A DNA stretch of 64,000 bases, taken from the NCBI GenBank assembly GCA_051294905.1, contig CM119378.1, forward strand, positions 124,001 through 188,000. The letters are read 5' to 3'. Made by a program: the position numbers and the translations under genes. The stretch is from Botryllus schlosseri (Eukaryota). The notes below the pieces were generated by a model. It had not been told where the DNA came from, made no database searches, and saw only the letters and a list, made by a program, of their open reading frames with translations. Positions 25,869-39,429 of the stretch are shown piece by piece (position 1 is the first letter of the stretch; each line of letters opens with the position of its first letter).

Positions 25869-26664
25869 CAGTGGTTCCCAACCTTTTTCCACCCACGTAC
25901 CATTTCGAGGTTTCATGCAGTGCTCGCGTACCACCTACATATGTTCCGCCATTTATGACGTCATAATCACGCATTTCAACTAATTATGCGAGGTGTAATA
26001 ACAAATTCTATTAAACTATGCATTATCAGCCAGGGTTGGTGGGATGTACAGTACAGTCACTAGAAGAACAACATAACGGGATAGCAACAAACAACAAAGA
26101 CAATTTATTTAATGTCATGGCTGCATTCGTTTATTTTTCACTAGCTGGACGATGCGTGGCATACGTTTGCTCACAGCGCATCGAAAGTCATGCATGGGCG
26201 CAACAAGTCGGTTTCGTTTCTTCGACTTGATATCAGGGATGAAAATCATTGCTCGCACTCCCACGCAGAAGTGAAATTAGCAGCTGGGGAATAGCGTGAG
26301 AAACTAGCGACGAGTACGACGAGGCCGTTCTAAGCCAGAAGTTTATTGAAGAACAATCTTTGTGTTTCGTCTTTGCTGTCTGGTCATCCTGGCTATCTAT
26401 GGGCTCCTCTTGTTTCCCAGTCTCGACAGGCAGGTCGGCTGGATCAAGAAAGAATAGATTGGTCATGTAGGCACAACATGTCACAGTGGTGAGAAAAAAG
26501 ACGTACCTCACGACGACGACGACGGTCTCGAAAAACTCAAAATCAACCCCGCCTGAACTAATAACTCCCTTCGGTCGAAAAAAAAAACAGAATGTACTCG
26601 CGTACCACCTGGAAGACCTTCGCGTACCACTAGTGGTACGCGTACCACAGGTTGGGAACCACTG
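25869..26664. mobile_element. 796-bp hAT MITE (GCGTACCAC family)
   Basis: TIR CAGTGGTTCCCAACCT; perfect TSD TCTTAGGC; homologous to 61559-63159. Confidence 0.92.
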
Positions 26665-26877
26665 TCTTAGGCTGACCAACACTGAGTAATTCGATTATTA
26701 GCCTAGCACGTCATAATAGTATGAGTGATGTGGAAAGTCGATCACAAAGAATATAACGCCAGTTATACACCACTGTACCAGTGTACCTGTTTTATTGCAC
26801 TTTGTGACAACGCTGTGGCCGATCACCGCTTCACAAATATGAAATTTCCACTATCAAGCGTGGCTTAACTAAACATT

Positions 26878-27070
26878 TCTTTACAGCCAGACTGTTCAGA
26901 GTCAAGTGTACCTGTTTCATGCTGGTGTGATCAGACTAGATGACCTTCACGGTCTTATCGATCATTCCTATCTAATACCGAATACTGTGCACGCATATTT
27001 TCTGTACCACCATCACTGCCGTTTGTTATGTATTTTGGTTCGATGAAAATAAAGACTCTCTCTCTCTCTC
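26878..27070 (+). mobile_element. LINE 3' end fragment (CR1-like 3' UTR)
   Basis: About 190 bp nearly identical to 51912-52105; ends AATAAAGAC(TC)n. Confidence 0.7.
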
Positions 27071-28423
27071 TTTGTACTATAGGTTCGTTTGTTTCGATAC
27101 GACCAATCGCAGTTCACAGCCCTCCACAGTGGAAAATAGGATCGAAACTGCAATGCTCGTTGATAACATAACTCTTAGTGGCCAGGAGCGTATCATTTCA
27201 GTCTCGATATAATCATATCTCGATTCAGATTCGAGAACTCAAACCACCATGCTCAGTCCTATTTATAGCATTGACTGTAGAACTACTTCGGCAATCGCTG
27301 TGTCACTTCACTGAGCTGTAATTCGGCAACGCCAATTCACAAATCCCTACCCGCCCCCGAAATCTCCCAAACGAAACAAGTGAACAAGACGTCCGGTGTG
27401 CTGAAATTTATTTGGTCTACTCTTCATTACAACAAGGCTACGAAATGAGACAGCTTGAAAGATCGTTTCCATGCAAGAATTATTTCAAACCCACGAAGAA
27501 AAAGGTCCCGGGCCTTTGAGCCGGCGACGGTGAAAATACAAGCGACATTTCCGTAGAAATTCACAGGGCGCTCGGAGCTTATTAAGATTTTTTCGAACCT
27601 AATCGGTAAAATGTGAGCGAATTTTACAGCATTATCGTACAACGAAATGAAAGCGACTTTTAGGCCGAATTTAGTAAATTGGAATCGAGGACTACGCAAT
27701 TTGCATGATGTGCGACCCCACAATGATGCGAGTTCTTGATCGGAGAAGAAAGTCCAATTGACAAAGAACTAAAAGCGAATGCATTTGCCAAAAATTACCG
27801 CCCGCAGCATACTTAAAATATTTACTCTATACAGAAACGCGATTTCAGACTGCGTCGAAATAAATAAAAATTGACCGGAACCGCACACGAAAACGAGTCG
27901 AAAATAACAGTAGCAGCTTTGCGACGACCTTGCATTCATGATTCACAATTGCCGTATTTTCGGGGGAGATTGTAACGAGAAAACGCGAACAAGAAAGGGT
28001 ATAACGCTAAGCAACACGAGCAATTTTTTTTTCATTTTTTTCGGTAAAAACACAAATGAATCGAAGAAAATCGAGTATTTTAGAGTCGTCTAGAAAACTA
28101 GCAGCGTAGTACTCAAGTTTTCTGGAAGAGCTCCCGAACGGCGGGCAGTGTCCGGATGACAAGAAACGAGTTTTCGAAAGTACACGATAAAAGCGATAAG
28201 AGGCAGTCAACCACGGCGTAAGGCATCGTTACAAAATAGTCTAGTATGAAAAATTGGCAGAGATTCAATATACAATAGAATAGTGTATTCATATTGAAAT
28301 AAAGCAGACTATTTCGTTATGAGCATGCTATTCAGTTGTATTTTTAAAAGTGGCAGTTTTTTAAAAATGGCTAGTGGAATTTTGACAAGGCTACTATTTT
28401 GAATCCCAGTCGCGCGTTACAAT

Positions 28424-28648
28424 TCACAGCATGACCTCGCAAACGTCTGTGGGCGTGTTGCCGTCTCCTCGGTCTCCGTCGTCGGCGGCGCGCGCGTACC
28501 GTCCAGACGACGTGTCGTACTTGTTCAGAGCGCTGTTGTTGTTGGTCGAGTCGTTGCCGTGCCGTTGATTTTGAGTCGCGTTCGGCTGAGTCGCGAGATT
28601 GGCGTGCAGCGTGCTCTCGATCAGCTCCGTGCATTCACGCAAAAGTTC
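28424..28648 (-). CDS. CCND: Cyclin D exon 5 (C-terminus with TPTDV phosphodegron, stop)
   Basis: ELLRECTELIESTL...GNTPTDVCEVML*. TPTDV matches the cyclin D1 Thr286 motif. The spliced ORF is 314 aa. Confidence 0.95.
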   Translation of the reverse strand, partial: ELLRECTELIESTLHANLATQPNATQNQRHGNDSTNNNSALNKYDTSSGRYARAADDGDRGDGNTPTDVCEVML

Positions 28649-29139
28649 CTGGTAACAAAAAAAAGGAAAATAAATCAAACAGAATATCAAAAGTCGGGAA
28701 TGTGACTAGAATGGAGTTTTGGACGCCCGAATTCGAAAAAACTTGGTAATTGATTGAATCATTCTAATACTGATCTAATTTGGAAAAAATGTAGCTATAA
28801 TTCTCAGTCAAGTTGGAAAAAGTTGCGCAGCTATCGTTCGAAAATGTCGGCAATGCTGACATCACGATGTCAGAGGAGGTCGATGCGCAATGTCGGCACT
28901 CCGCTCGTGAGTCATCCAATCGACATTCGTCGTCGAGTGTTATGCCGCCAATGTTTACGCGACCGGCCATTGTTTCGAAGCAGCAGATCAAACAGCGATT
29001 AGAGGTCGTGACTCACTTCCGTTCTCAATCGCGGGACGGGGACCTCCCGGTTGCCATGACAATCTACCGGGTTTGGAGCGAGTACGGCCTCTAATCCTAA
29101 TCAGAAACTAATCCTCTGACTCTGACCCTAATCTAACCC

Positions 29140-29950
29140 CGAATGCCGTACATCACAATTCGCGCTGTGTCTTTCACAATAATGGTAGTTATTACATTTC
29201 AAATGCCGAATTCGCCAAGTGGCGATTTCACAATTCACGATTGCGTTCATTGAACCATTCATTTTCCAACTTATTAATACAATATGGATGCATCGTTGCA
29301 GTGACAACAATAGTTATTATTATATTTTTAATGCCGAATTCACCAAATGCCGTAAACACAGTTCATAATTCAGTGAATCATCGAATTTATTAATATAATA
29401 TTTATGCATATCTTTCATAATAACAATTCTAACGCCAATTCACTAAGTGCAATAAATCACAATATCACAATTTCGAATCCAATAATGCAATTTTGATGCA
29501 CGTCTCTCGCAACGATATCAAGACTTTGGTAGCATTCACACCTTATTTAAAGTCCACTTGCAAACGAATACGACTTTATTCGTCATAATAATATGAATTG
29601 TTAGCTGTTACATTGCAAGTGCCGAATTCACAGTTCACGCTGATATTATCGAATTTACTAATAGCTTTCAAAATAGTAATAATTACTACATTTCTAATGC
29701 GAAATTACTAAGTGCCGAATTTATGAAGTGCTGCATATCACAATTCACGTTGATATTTAGTGAAACATTGATCCTCGAATTCATTAATATACTATTGATG
29801 CATAGGCTAAACAGTAATACTATATATTACATTTCTAATGCCAAATTCACGAAGTGCTGTATATCACAGTTCACGCTCGCAAATTGATGAACACAATATT
29901 GATGAATCGCTGATAACAGTTATTGCATTCCTAACGCCAAATTCAGCAAG
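29140..29950. repeat. Diverged minisatellite array (ATGCCGAATTCACCAAGTGCC family), about 7 units
   Basis: Core recurs at ~29203, 29331, 29432, 29619, 29697, 29838 and 29934. Confidence 0.75.
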
Positions 29951-29971
29951 ACCAAGAATGAATAGACTTAC

Positions 29972-30114
29972 AATATCCACGTTCGTGATCTCGCACAGTT
30001 TCCCGATGAGGCGATGTCTCGAAATTCCGGGGCAGGGAGTCTGCAGGCCGCTGACAGCCGCCCCGACCGTTCCGGCCGCAATCGTGGACGGAGAAAACAT
30101 CAGAAACTTGTGGT
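29972..30114 (-). CDS. CCND: Cyclin D exon 4
   Basis: DHKFLMFSPSTIAAGTVGAAVSGL...LCEITNVDI|GTAAGT; phase 1/0. Confidence 0.95.
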
Positions 30115-32771
30115 CTGCAAAAGAGTCCGTGTGTATGGACCGGTGCTGCAAATCCTTGGCTTCGCTGAGTCAGTCTCACGGGTTAACCGGAGGTCATGAC
30201 ACGCACCAGTGACCAGACTCATGCAGAAGTCCCACTCATTAGAAGGAAATATTCATCATCATTTTGTTCTGGAGGCACAGAAGTTCAACATGAATATATT
30301 ATTCAACAGTTCGTTTTGTGCTCCAGCATTCTATAGTACATAGTTACATACGTAGTGTAGTGTGGGATATTGTTTATTTTTTCTAACTATGCCAGGGATG
30401 GGCAAACTACGGCTCGCAACACCGTTTTGAGCGACAGGCGAAATCTCAAGAAGCGTAAGAAAAGTATTGATAAATTGCGTACTAAAAATCCAATTGCCAT
30501 TAACTGCTATACATCACAAAGAGTCAAAGCGGAAATGACTTTTTCGGATCAGGGGTGTGATATTAGAATGGCCACTCCACCAAGTTTATTAATTTTAGTA
30601 CGCACTTGGAAAACGAGATTTGTGCGTGTGTTAGGTAGATTCGTTCTTTGTATGTGTAAACGAAGTACCGTATTTATATCATCTATATATTGTAGAAGCG
30701 TATTTGAAGATAACATGGTTAAGATGCTATCAACATTGTGAGTACTGAACTTGTGAATCAAAAGTAGAATCAGCAAATCTATGATCAGATCGCTACTCAC
30801 AGATTGAAATTTCCATTCTATCCAAGAATCGGGACAACCGTTTTCCATCCCGAGTTTTCACAACTTGGTTATTGACGTCGACCAGCTTATAAAATTTCGC
30901 CATTGTTTCTGACGCGTGTAAGATATCATTGAATCAATGTTTGCTTGAAATATCCCCATGTCCTCAATATATAACCAAATACCAGCGTCGCGTCTTGACT
31001 AATAATCCGAATTTGATACAGTTCAGCACACGAATGGATCCATACGTTGAATGCGGCCCCGGGCTAAAAAGTTTGCCCAGCCCTGGACTAAGCGAAATTG
31101 TGGGGTTCGCCGACGAGGCTGGTAGATTAGCGTAAGGGTTCATCAGGCCAGAAATGGTTACCGTAAGAGCCACCGGTATAGTCCCACGACACCAATCCAG
31201 TAACCGTTGTGAACTTGTGTGTCTCTGTTATGCTCACAACTTGTTTTTCTTTTGCCATAATACATTCGCTGATCGTTTTTTTGGATCGTTTATACCTCAC
31301 GCGCGCAGTACCGGTACTGTGTGGTGTGTATAGTATGTGTATGCACTGCAGACTAGATGACTCGAATTTTCATGTTGGTGATGTGATAAGATTGTTGATA
31401 CACAATGCCCTTTCCTATTCTCTAGTTGCTAACGATTATTACCCTTGACTAGTGTCAGCCGAAAGTAATCGGGCTCGTATCAATATCAATATATATATAT
31501 CTCGATTGTATGGTGAACTTATGTACTTCTGATAGTATCTTCCAGAAGGAAATAATTATTTGCCAACAATCGTTTTCAATATGAATTTATTAATATTCAA
31601 TATGACATGATTGCATAATTCTCCATTCGGTTTTTGACTTTAACTCTGTTTTACGCCCGTTATCGTGTAGAATTATCATGATTAGCCAACATGTGCTCTA
31701 CCACTGTGCAATATCAGTGATCATTGTATAGTTGTCAATGATTTTGCTTGGATGCGGTATATCACTCTTTTTAAATAAAATTTTACACCAGCAGTTAAAA
31801 ATACCCAAGTTGTACGAGTTGGTAGACGTTTATTACGAAAGCTGCATTAAAATTCCGTTAACGAAAATCAGTCATCGGAAATAATAGACTTTCGTCCGAC
31901 CACACGCGACACAATGGTCGCGCTTGAGCGCGCGTCGATTCATCTCGAAGCGTGGGAAAGAAGGCTCCGATTCGCCCGTTCGATTTTCGAGAATTCTGAA
32001 CCTTTTCAGAAAACTCTCCCGGCCCGACATTGGAAAAGTCACAATGCCTCCAAACAGGATTCTATTCAAAGGGAATCTTTTGGGGCACAGAACTTCATAT
32101 ACATTTGAATAATATCTCTAATATATAGTAGATCAAAGGGTCTATTCAACATGCATTAATCTGTCTAAAAACCGAATCGCGGGTTTGCATAGTAAAGAAA
32201 TTAGTTTTCATTGCCATAAACCGGGATTTGCTTAATCGTGAAGAATTTGTTTCACAGCGAATTACGTTAAACGCAAAGTAACATCAATGCTGAAAAATTC
32301 CGCGTATCACTGGCAATTTCAATACCGACACTAGACCAATTGCACGCCGTGACACAATGGGCTACTTCATGTGGTCTTTAACGGCAATTTCTCTCGTCAA
32401 AATGACGCAGACATATCTAAAATCGACTTTCTATTTTACAGAATGATAACTATAAGATCAGGTAGTTTGGTCGAAAAAATTTTCAAGTATATAGAAACAT
32501 TCAACATTCTGGTGGTCATGTTTACATATTGAATATTCTATAGTAATAAAATGCAAGCGGCGTACTCTATTCAGCATAGGCAGGGAGTCGCCACATATCT
32601 GCATGACAGAAATGTCCTAGACATATACTCATACATTTTAACATATTTCAGGTTTATGTCTACCCTTCCGGCTTTCATATATTTATGTAATAAATATTTT
32701 ATCAGAATTATATAGTAAAGACTCCATCCAACGAACCTACCGAATAAAATATTGATAATGCCGCTACATAC

Positions 32772-32931
32772 CTGTATAGCAAAGATGGATGAAAGTGTTC
32801 GCGTGTTTGCGGGCAGTACGGCGTTCTTCCTCGACGACATCAAGTCGATGCAAGATCTGGTCTACGAAATCTACGGCCGTCACTGACAGAACGTCCCATT
32901 TCAGATGGAAAAGCACGAGCAGTTCGAAGTC
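32772..32931 (-). CDS. CCND: Cyclin D exon 3
   Basis: DFELLVLFHLKWDVLSVTAVDFVDQILHRL...RKHANTFIHLCYT; phase 0/1. Confidence 0.95.
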
Positions 32932-35900
32932 CTGGAAAGTATCGCGTCGGTCAAGGCGCGTTTTACGGCTCTATGACGAATGAAACGTGTCGTTTTGTGG
33001 GTGTCGTTACATCGAATTATATATTCGTGTTGAAATGGAAGACTTTCGGCTGACACAAGGGTAATCGTCATTCATCAGTAACTAGTATAGAATGGAAGAC
33101 AACATTGTATACGACATGGTTGGTGACAGGATCGTTAATATACAATGTTCTTTCCAATTCTCTACTAGACGAGCGTCAGCCGAAAATATCCCGGTTATTT
33201 CAATATCAATATATCGTCGCAGTGGAATCAAAGTGACTTATGTCCAGTTTTTCAATTTTGAAGGTCCATTTTTAAAACTCGAAAAAAATCAAGTTTTTAA
33301 AAAATTTTCAATATTTTTTGGCCATATCTTGGCCATGGTTATGTCTGTTTCATTATGTCAACGTTAATCAGGCCTACTATATGGCTGAAAGAAGAAGAAA
33401 ACTTTACGTAAAGTCATATTTATCAAAATGTGTAAATTGGACATAAGTCACTTTACTTTGATTCCACTGCGACGATATTATTCGATTGTATATTGAAGTT
33501 CTGTGCCTCGAAGAGTCTGTTCAGACTGCATTTCATGATTGTGGTGATTATCATTTCCTCCTCATCATTACTTGTGTTGATTACGCGCTTCTTAATCGCC
33601 TTTATGCTGGATTTTTGTTGTTTTAGTAATTTAGTAATTTCTATTGCAATGGTCATTTGACATCGGGACGATATTGTTCATCATTGCGATTCCCGAGCTG
33701 TCTAATAGTAGCCCACGAAATCCCCAGTCGCTGTAGGCTTTTTGCAAAACGCGTGCGTTACGGCCGCTCGACAAATTGTGATGACTCTATATTTTCAATT
33801 TCATGTAAACAGATCAGGTAGAGGGCCCGCAAAGTGCCAAATTTAGCCCGTCGCTGTTCATTATTTTTGCAGAACTTCAACCTTCTGCTCGAGCAGATGG
33901 ACCGCGGGCCGCTGAAAAGGCATTTGGAGCGCGCACAGATCGCCTGCAGCTATTGCTCCTTAACGAGGGGCCAGGTGCGAGGCAAGCGATTTCGGGGCCT
34001 CGGGCGACTCGACCGCGCGAGAGTGTGACATCACAAATGTATTCACAGTGTGCGGCAAAGAAACACCACGCCGGCTAAATACTGATATTACAGAATAGTT
34101 TATGAAGAGCTCCAAGATACAATTGAATAATATATTCGTTGTATAGCGTAGTGATAGTCTACTTGCTACTATAATTTAGCAGAGTCGCATTCCAACCGAA
34201 TGAGCGTACGGCACGTCAATTGCTAACAGAATAGGATAGTCACATTACTACCAAGCCCTCAAGATTACCGGATCACGATCTAATTCTAACATATCGACAT
34301 ACGCCACTTCGTTTTCACCGCTATTCCTTTTCTGTTAACACGTATTATCGAGTGCACATACGGTCCTGGAGATATTCTTGGTGGTACAGAACTTCGGCAT
34401 ATAAATGAACCATATATTCGTATGTTCTTTGCAATTCTCTACCGCCCCTGCCGCCCGAAAATAGTAGGGTTTATTTCGTTATGGACATATTATTCAATTG
34501 CAGACTAAAATACTACTCCAAGTCGCTTCGAAACCCTGCTATAGCAAGGTTGCGGTAAGACTTGTGCAAACTACCAGTCAAGTCGGTTGACGGCCGACTA
34601 ACAACTAGTTTGTAGAGTAGTTCTATTTCTAGTGGTGAATTGTTATTCTAATCGAATTTGTGGTTCTCCTGAGAACGATACAGCATTCAGGAGAGATGTG
34701 TCGTGCGCAACGAGCCAAGCTTGCCGCGCAGACATTTGATATTTTCATGCTTACGAGAAACGACTCAGGCTTGATATGAAGTGAACTGCATTCAATTTCA
34801 AAGTTTTTGGAAAGTCACTCATTCTAATTTTAACCTGATTTGGAAAAAAGTGTAGCTACGAATACGATTCTGATTAAATTTGAAAAAAAAACGTGTAGCT
34901 ATAACTCTATTTCCAACACAATGCCTGTCTGGGATCATACGAGTGGGCGCGGTCCAACACTCGGGTGTCACCACGTCCCGTTTCCGTTGTGACGTAGGCA
35001 CCGAACCGCGCGTTCTAGCAAATAGACGCGATCGATATCGCCACAAAACATTCCATTCGATGCCGTAATAACGCTTGACGTGCCTTCAAGCAGAAAAGGA
35101 ATTAACCCTCTGCGCGTGAACGCTCGGGAAAGCGGCGACAAGCGCCGGGTGACCTTCAGAAGGTTAAGATCCTGTCTATCGCCTACATTTCACCCCCACC
35201 TCGTCGCGGTGTGACGAATGGACGCGTGGGATAAACGGAATGGCATTTCGAACGCTTTGTAGCGATCGAATATGAACTGGACAACAACAAAACGTTGTGC
35301 TTTTCAAAATGAGATTGAAATTTGAATGATTGCTACACTAGTTTTCCAAATCAAATTATAATTCGTGAAAACGTGGAATCGAATTACATTCCGAAAAAGG
35401 AACAAAAAATCGAGTTCACTTCATCTCAAACCAGATTTCATTCACACAAGCACGAGATGGTTCCATTTTTTCAATTTAGATTATAATTAGAACGACTCCA
35501 CTCGCATAAACTTGGATATCGTATTTCACTTTATATCAAATAAGCATGAAAATGGGAAAGGTGAGTACCGCGAGCTCAGCCTATATGTGGTCTTTTCAGG
35601 AAAATCGAAAATTAGATTAGAATGAATGCATGATAGAAGCATTTGAACTACACTTAGACGCATCTCGCTCTAATTAGAAATGTATAGTTTTCCCAGTCAG
35701 AATTAGAAATACAATGTATATATATAATGCACAACATTTTTTCGAATTACTTTCAATCTGAATAGATTATTGAATTGTAAATTATAACGAGAGCAGAGAA
35801 CATGGCAGTGCGCGATCGAATAGTACATTCACATTGATATAAACACTACTTCTGTACCTCAAAGAGTCTCTTCACAAAATAGATTAGAATTGGAACACCG

Positions 35901-36756
35901 GCATTTCGCTCTGATTACAATTATCTGGTCGACTAAGTTTGGCTGAATTGTCGCATTCCTAAGTTCCCGCGATTTCGCGAACGCTCTCTATGACAGCGCT
36001 GTGGACGCGTTGTGACGCAGCTGCCGTCAAAGAGAGACGAATCGTGTTCCGAACGCAAAGCAAACATTCCAGAGCCGAGTCATCGCGGAGCAATCCGGGG
36101 TTGAACCGAGTTCAGACTGTGGAGTGGGCGGTTCGACTTTACAGTATTCAGAACTATAACCTACCAATAGATGCTAACAATTTCTAGTAGCTTCGTAAAT
36201 ATGGCAAACAATTAAATAACAAGAAGAAATGATACAACGTAGTATGAAGTTCTGCACCTCCAAGAAGCACCTCAAATACGGCAACTTTTAACTCAACGCA
36301 AAATTTATTCAATTCTTCCTTCAACTGATGCTACCAACGCGCTGATTCCAAAAATATAAATCATCATCCCGAAGTGCGGTTACAAGTCGAATATCGGCAT
36401 CTTGCCGAACAATTGGAGAACTACAATAACCGATTGATATTGAAGTAAACCCGAATATTCTCATCTGTCAGGGCCTCGGGGGTAATCGCCAGCAACTAGT
36501 CGAGAAATGAAATGAGCGAAATACATCAACAATCGTATTTATATGTAATGTTTAGTTCAGTTTTTTATTAAAGATTTCATTTAATCAATACAACGCAAGG
36601 TTGCGACACAATACAATTCTCTGTTAGTTGCTGACGATTATTCCCTACCGAAAATATTCAGGTTCAGTTCAATATGAATACTATTCAATTGTATACCGGT
36701 ATTGAAATTCCGTATCTTCGAGACTATCTTCAAATGACATCTCTACTTTAACTCAC

Positions 36757-36972
36757 CAGCAGTTCTTGGTGCGTGATGGAATAGTCTGTGTAAATGACTA
36801 GCTTGTGGGCCGTCAACGGGATCGTCTCTTTCACTTTGGAAGCCACGAGCATGCACGCGGAACCTAGCAGCTGAAGTTGACCGCGGCCGATATCGCGCAG
36901 GCCCAAGAAGCGATCCAGGTAGTTCATGGCCAGCGGGAACACGTCGTCTTCGCATCGCTGTTCCTCGCATAC
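36757..36972 (-). CDS. CCND: Cyclin D exon 2 (cyclin box)
   Basis: [23 protein letters not shown]...[43 protein letters not shown] acceptor, GTGAGT donor. Confidence 0.97.
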
Positions 36973-38474
36973 CTGTCAGTTTATTGTTGGTCAATTTATC
37001 CTTGGAAAAACACCCACAGGATTGCGATACAATGAAAAAATAGAAAGTTGCCGAAACGACTCAGAACATGCTGTTCACCGGATATGGATAACGAAATAAG
37101 GATGGACAAAATGATTCGAGCAATCTGAATCGAGTGTTAATTGTAATGGTTCCAGTGCTAGTTTTGTGCTAAATTGATAACCGCCTTGCCGCTGAGAGGT
37201 AATTTATCAGCGAAGATTATAGTTTCGATACCATTTTCCACTGTGGAAACCTTTAAACCTCGATTGGTCGTATCGCAGCATACGAACACGTAGTACAAAG
37301 CTACGGACGTCACTGGAAATGATATTTATGTGAAGCCCAGAACAGTGACGCAAAGTTTAATGAGATCGGCATGGTTGCCCCATTCCAACATTCCAAATAC
37401 TGTTATGATGAAAATTTGTTCAAAAAGTCACATCGAGATGGAAAATCAAGTTCGAATCCAACAATAACAAGAATGCTGCGTGAAAATTGGGATTGATTTG
37501 AAATTTCCGATCGAGTCCAAATTCAGCTCACAATAATCTGAAATCCGCGTCCGATTTAAATCGTCAAAATCATCAAGTTCGGTTTTCTCAAATCCAAATC
37601 CCGAAATAATCCGGCGTGACGTAACGACAGCATGCAGTCGAGCAGGCGCCCAGCGACCGCGCAAATCAGCTGATAAATAGCGGTTGTTTGGCCGTAATTA
37701 AAAGGTCGACGCGGAACCACTTGATTCTCTCGAGTGTGAGAACACGATCAAAAATGCACGAACGTAATTGTTGGGAAACAATCCTTCCGTTCGACGACAC
37801 AGTCGTGTCACCATCGCGCATGTGTGGTAAAACGGCTAGGTGAATCAGCCATGTTGAATTCGGCGAGAGTTTGATTCGAAATTTAGTGAATTATGCGAGT
37901 TGAATTGAATCAAGTTGAATAGAGCACAATAGCAGAATGCCGACAATCTAATTCTAATCTAAGTTGTCCAATGTTTTTTTTTGCTCTAATTTTAATTGTA
38001 ATTGGATTTGTGAAGTTTTTCTATGGTCTTATTTTAATTATAATCTAATTTCCGATTTTCCTGTCGTTAAAGAAATTCACAATTCACAATGTATATTCGT
38101 AACTCATATTCATTGAGACTAACATTTTCGAATTTATTCATAATGCTGACGATTTGTTCACTTTCGTCTACGTTCGTAATAGAAAGGTTATTTATAATTA
38201 AATCTAACTAGGCAAGATTTATCAAATCGTTATATAAAGCGTCAACGAACGTCAGTAGCTGTTATTTTGCGTCGCCTAGTTACTCGTCAATAATACGTGG
38301 TTTCTTGCCAACGTTTGATGCATTCTGGTTTGGAGCCTGGACATTTTGTGAATTCGCTGGAAAATTGCTTGAATTACGAGGATTATTGCCAGTAGATAAG
38401 CCATCAAATAGAATTGTGCGCCGAGAAATCGGCACACAATATAGATGCATCATTGCCGTCAATCTATAATCACA

Positions 38475-38960
38475 TTTCTAATGCCGAATTCACCAAGTGC
38501 CGTACATCACAACCCACGCTCATATGTTTAGTGAAAACTTCATTTTCAAATTCTTAATAAAATAATATTGCATCGATTTCATAATAACAATAGTTATTTC
38601 TTTTCTAATGCCGAATTCACCAAGTGCCGTACATCACAACCCACGCTCATATGTTTAGTGAAAACTTCATTTTCAAATTCTTAATAAAATAATATTGCAT
38701 CGATTTCATAATAACAATAGTTATTTCTTTTCTAACGTCGAATTCAAGAAGTGCTGTACATCACAACTCATGTTGCTATCAAGTGGAACATTCATTTTCA
38801 AAGATACTAATACAATATTGATGCATCGCTGTCACAATAATAATACCGTAGATCATAATTCTTATGCAGAATTGCCGTAGATCACAACACACGTAGATAT
38901 TCAGTAAAACGTTCATTTTCGAGTTCATTACTACAATATCGATGCACATCTTTCATATTA
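38475..38960. repeat. 127-bp tandem repeat, about 4 units, same family as 29140-29950
   Basis: Core at 38481, 38608, 38735 and ~38863; the first two units look identical. Confidence 0.88.
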
Positions 38961-39199
38961 GTAATTGTGCGAACATTTCGAGCGCCGAACTCAGTGGCAA
39001 CAAAACAAAGCTGGAAACGGGCTGGCGATGAAGTCGCGTTTCCTGTCGCGCTGAAAAAGCCCGCGAACGAGTCGGAAGCCCCGCGCTGAACCGAAACGCT
39101 CTCCTATCGTTTGCATAGAAGATGGCGGATGTTTATAACGACAGTAACCCGACTCCAACGTTGCAACTCGGTAAAACATATGCTCATCGCGCCGCCTAC

Positions 39200-39400
39200 C
39201 TCGAGCATCCACGTAGCCACCACCCTTCTCATGTAGGGCTTCACGTCTTTTTGGACGCATTCGAAATAGGTAGTGCTCGGCAAATATCGCTCTTCTTGAC
39301 GCAGTAGATTTTGCAAAACTCGTGGGTCTTTTACGAGGACCGGGTCGCGTTTGGCCCTCTTTATTCCCTCGATCGGAGACTCGGAACATTCCAAACTCAT
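39200..39400 (-). CDS. CCND: G1/S-specific cyclin D, exon 1
   Basis: GCCACCATG start; MSLECSE (LxCxE Rb-binding motif)...[28 protein letters not shown]. Confidence 0.97.
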
Positions 39401-39413
39401 GGTGGCGACTGCT

Positions 39414-39429
39414 GGGGGGGGGGGGGGGG
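39414..39429. repeat. G16 homopolymer (C16 on the cyclin D sense strand), 13 nt upstream of the ATG
   Basis: Read directly from the sequence; followed on the minus strand by AGCAG TCGCCACC ATG. Confidence 0.9.

Noticed and set aside
26233..26682. 149-aa ORF and other 100-135 aa ORFs (e.g. 25267-25650, 30370-30741, 40710-41114, 62138-62524)
   Set aside because: They lie in non-coding repeats or introns, have no motifs, and are not preserved in sister repeat copies where these exist.
29091..29140. CCCTAA-like telomeric repeat
   Set aside because: Only a few degenerate units (CTAATC/CCCTAA/CTAACC); too short to call an interstitial telomere.
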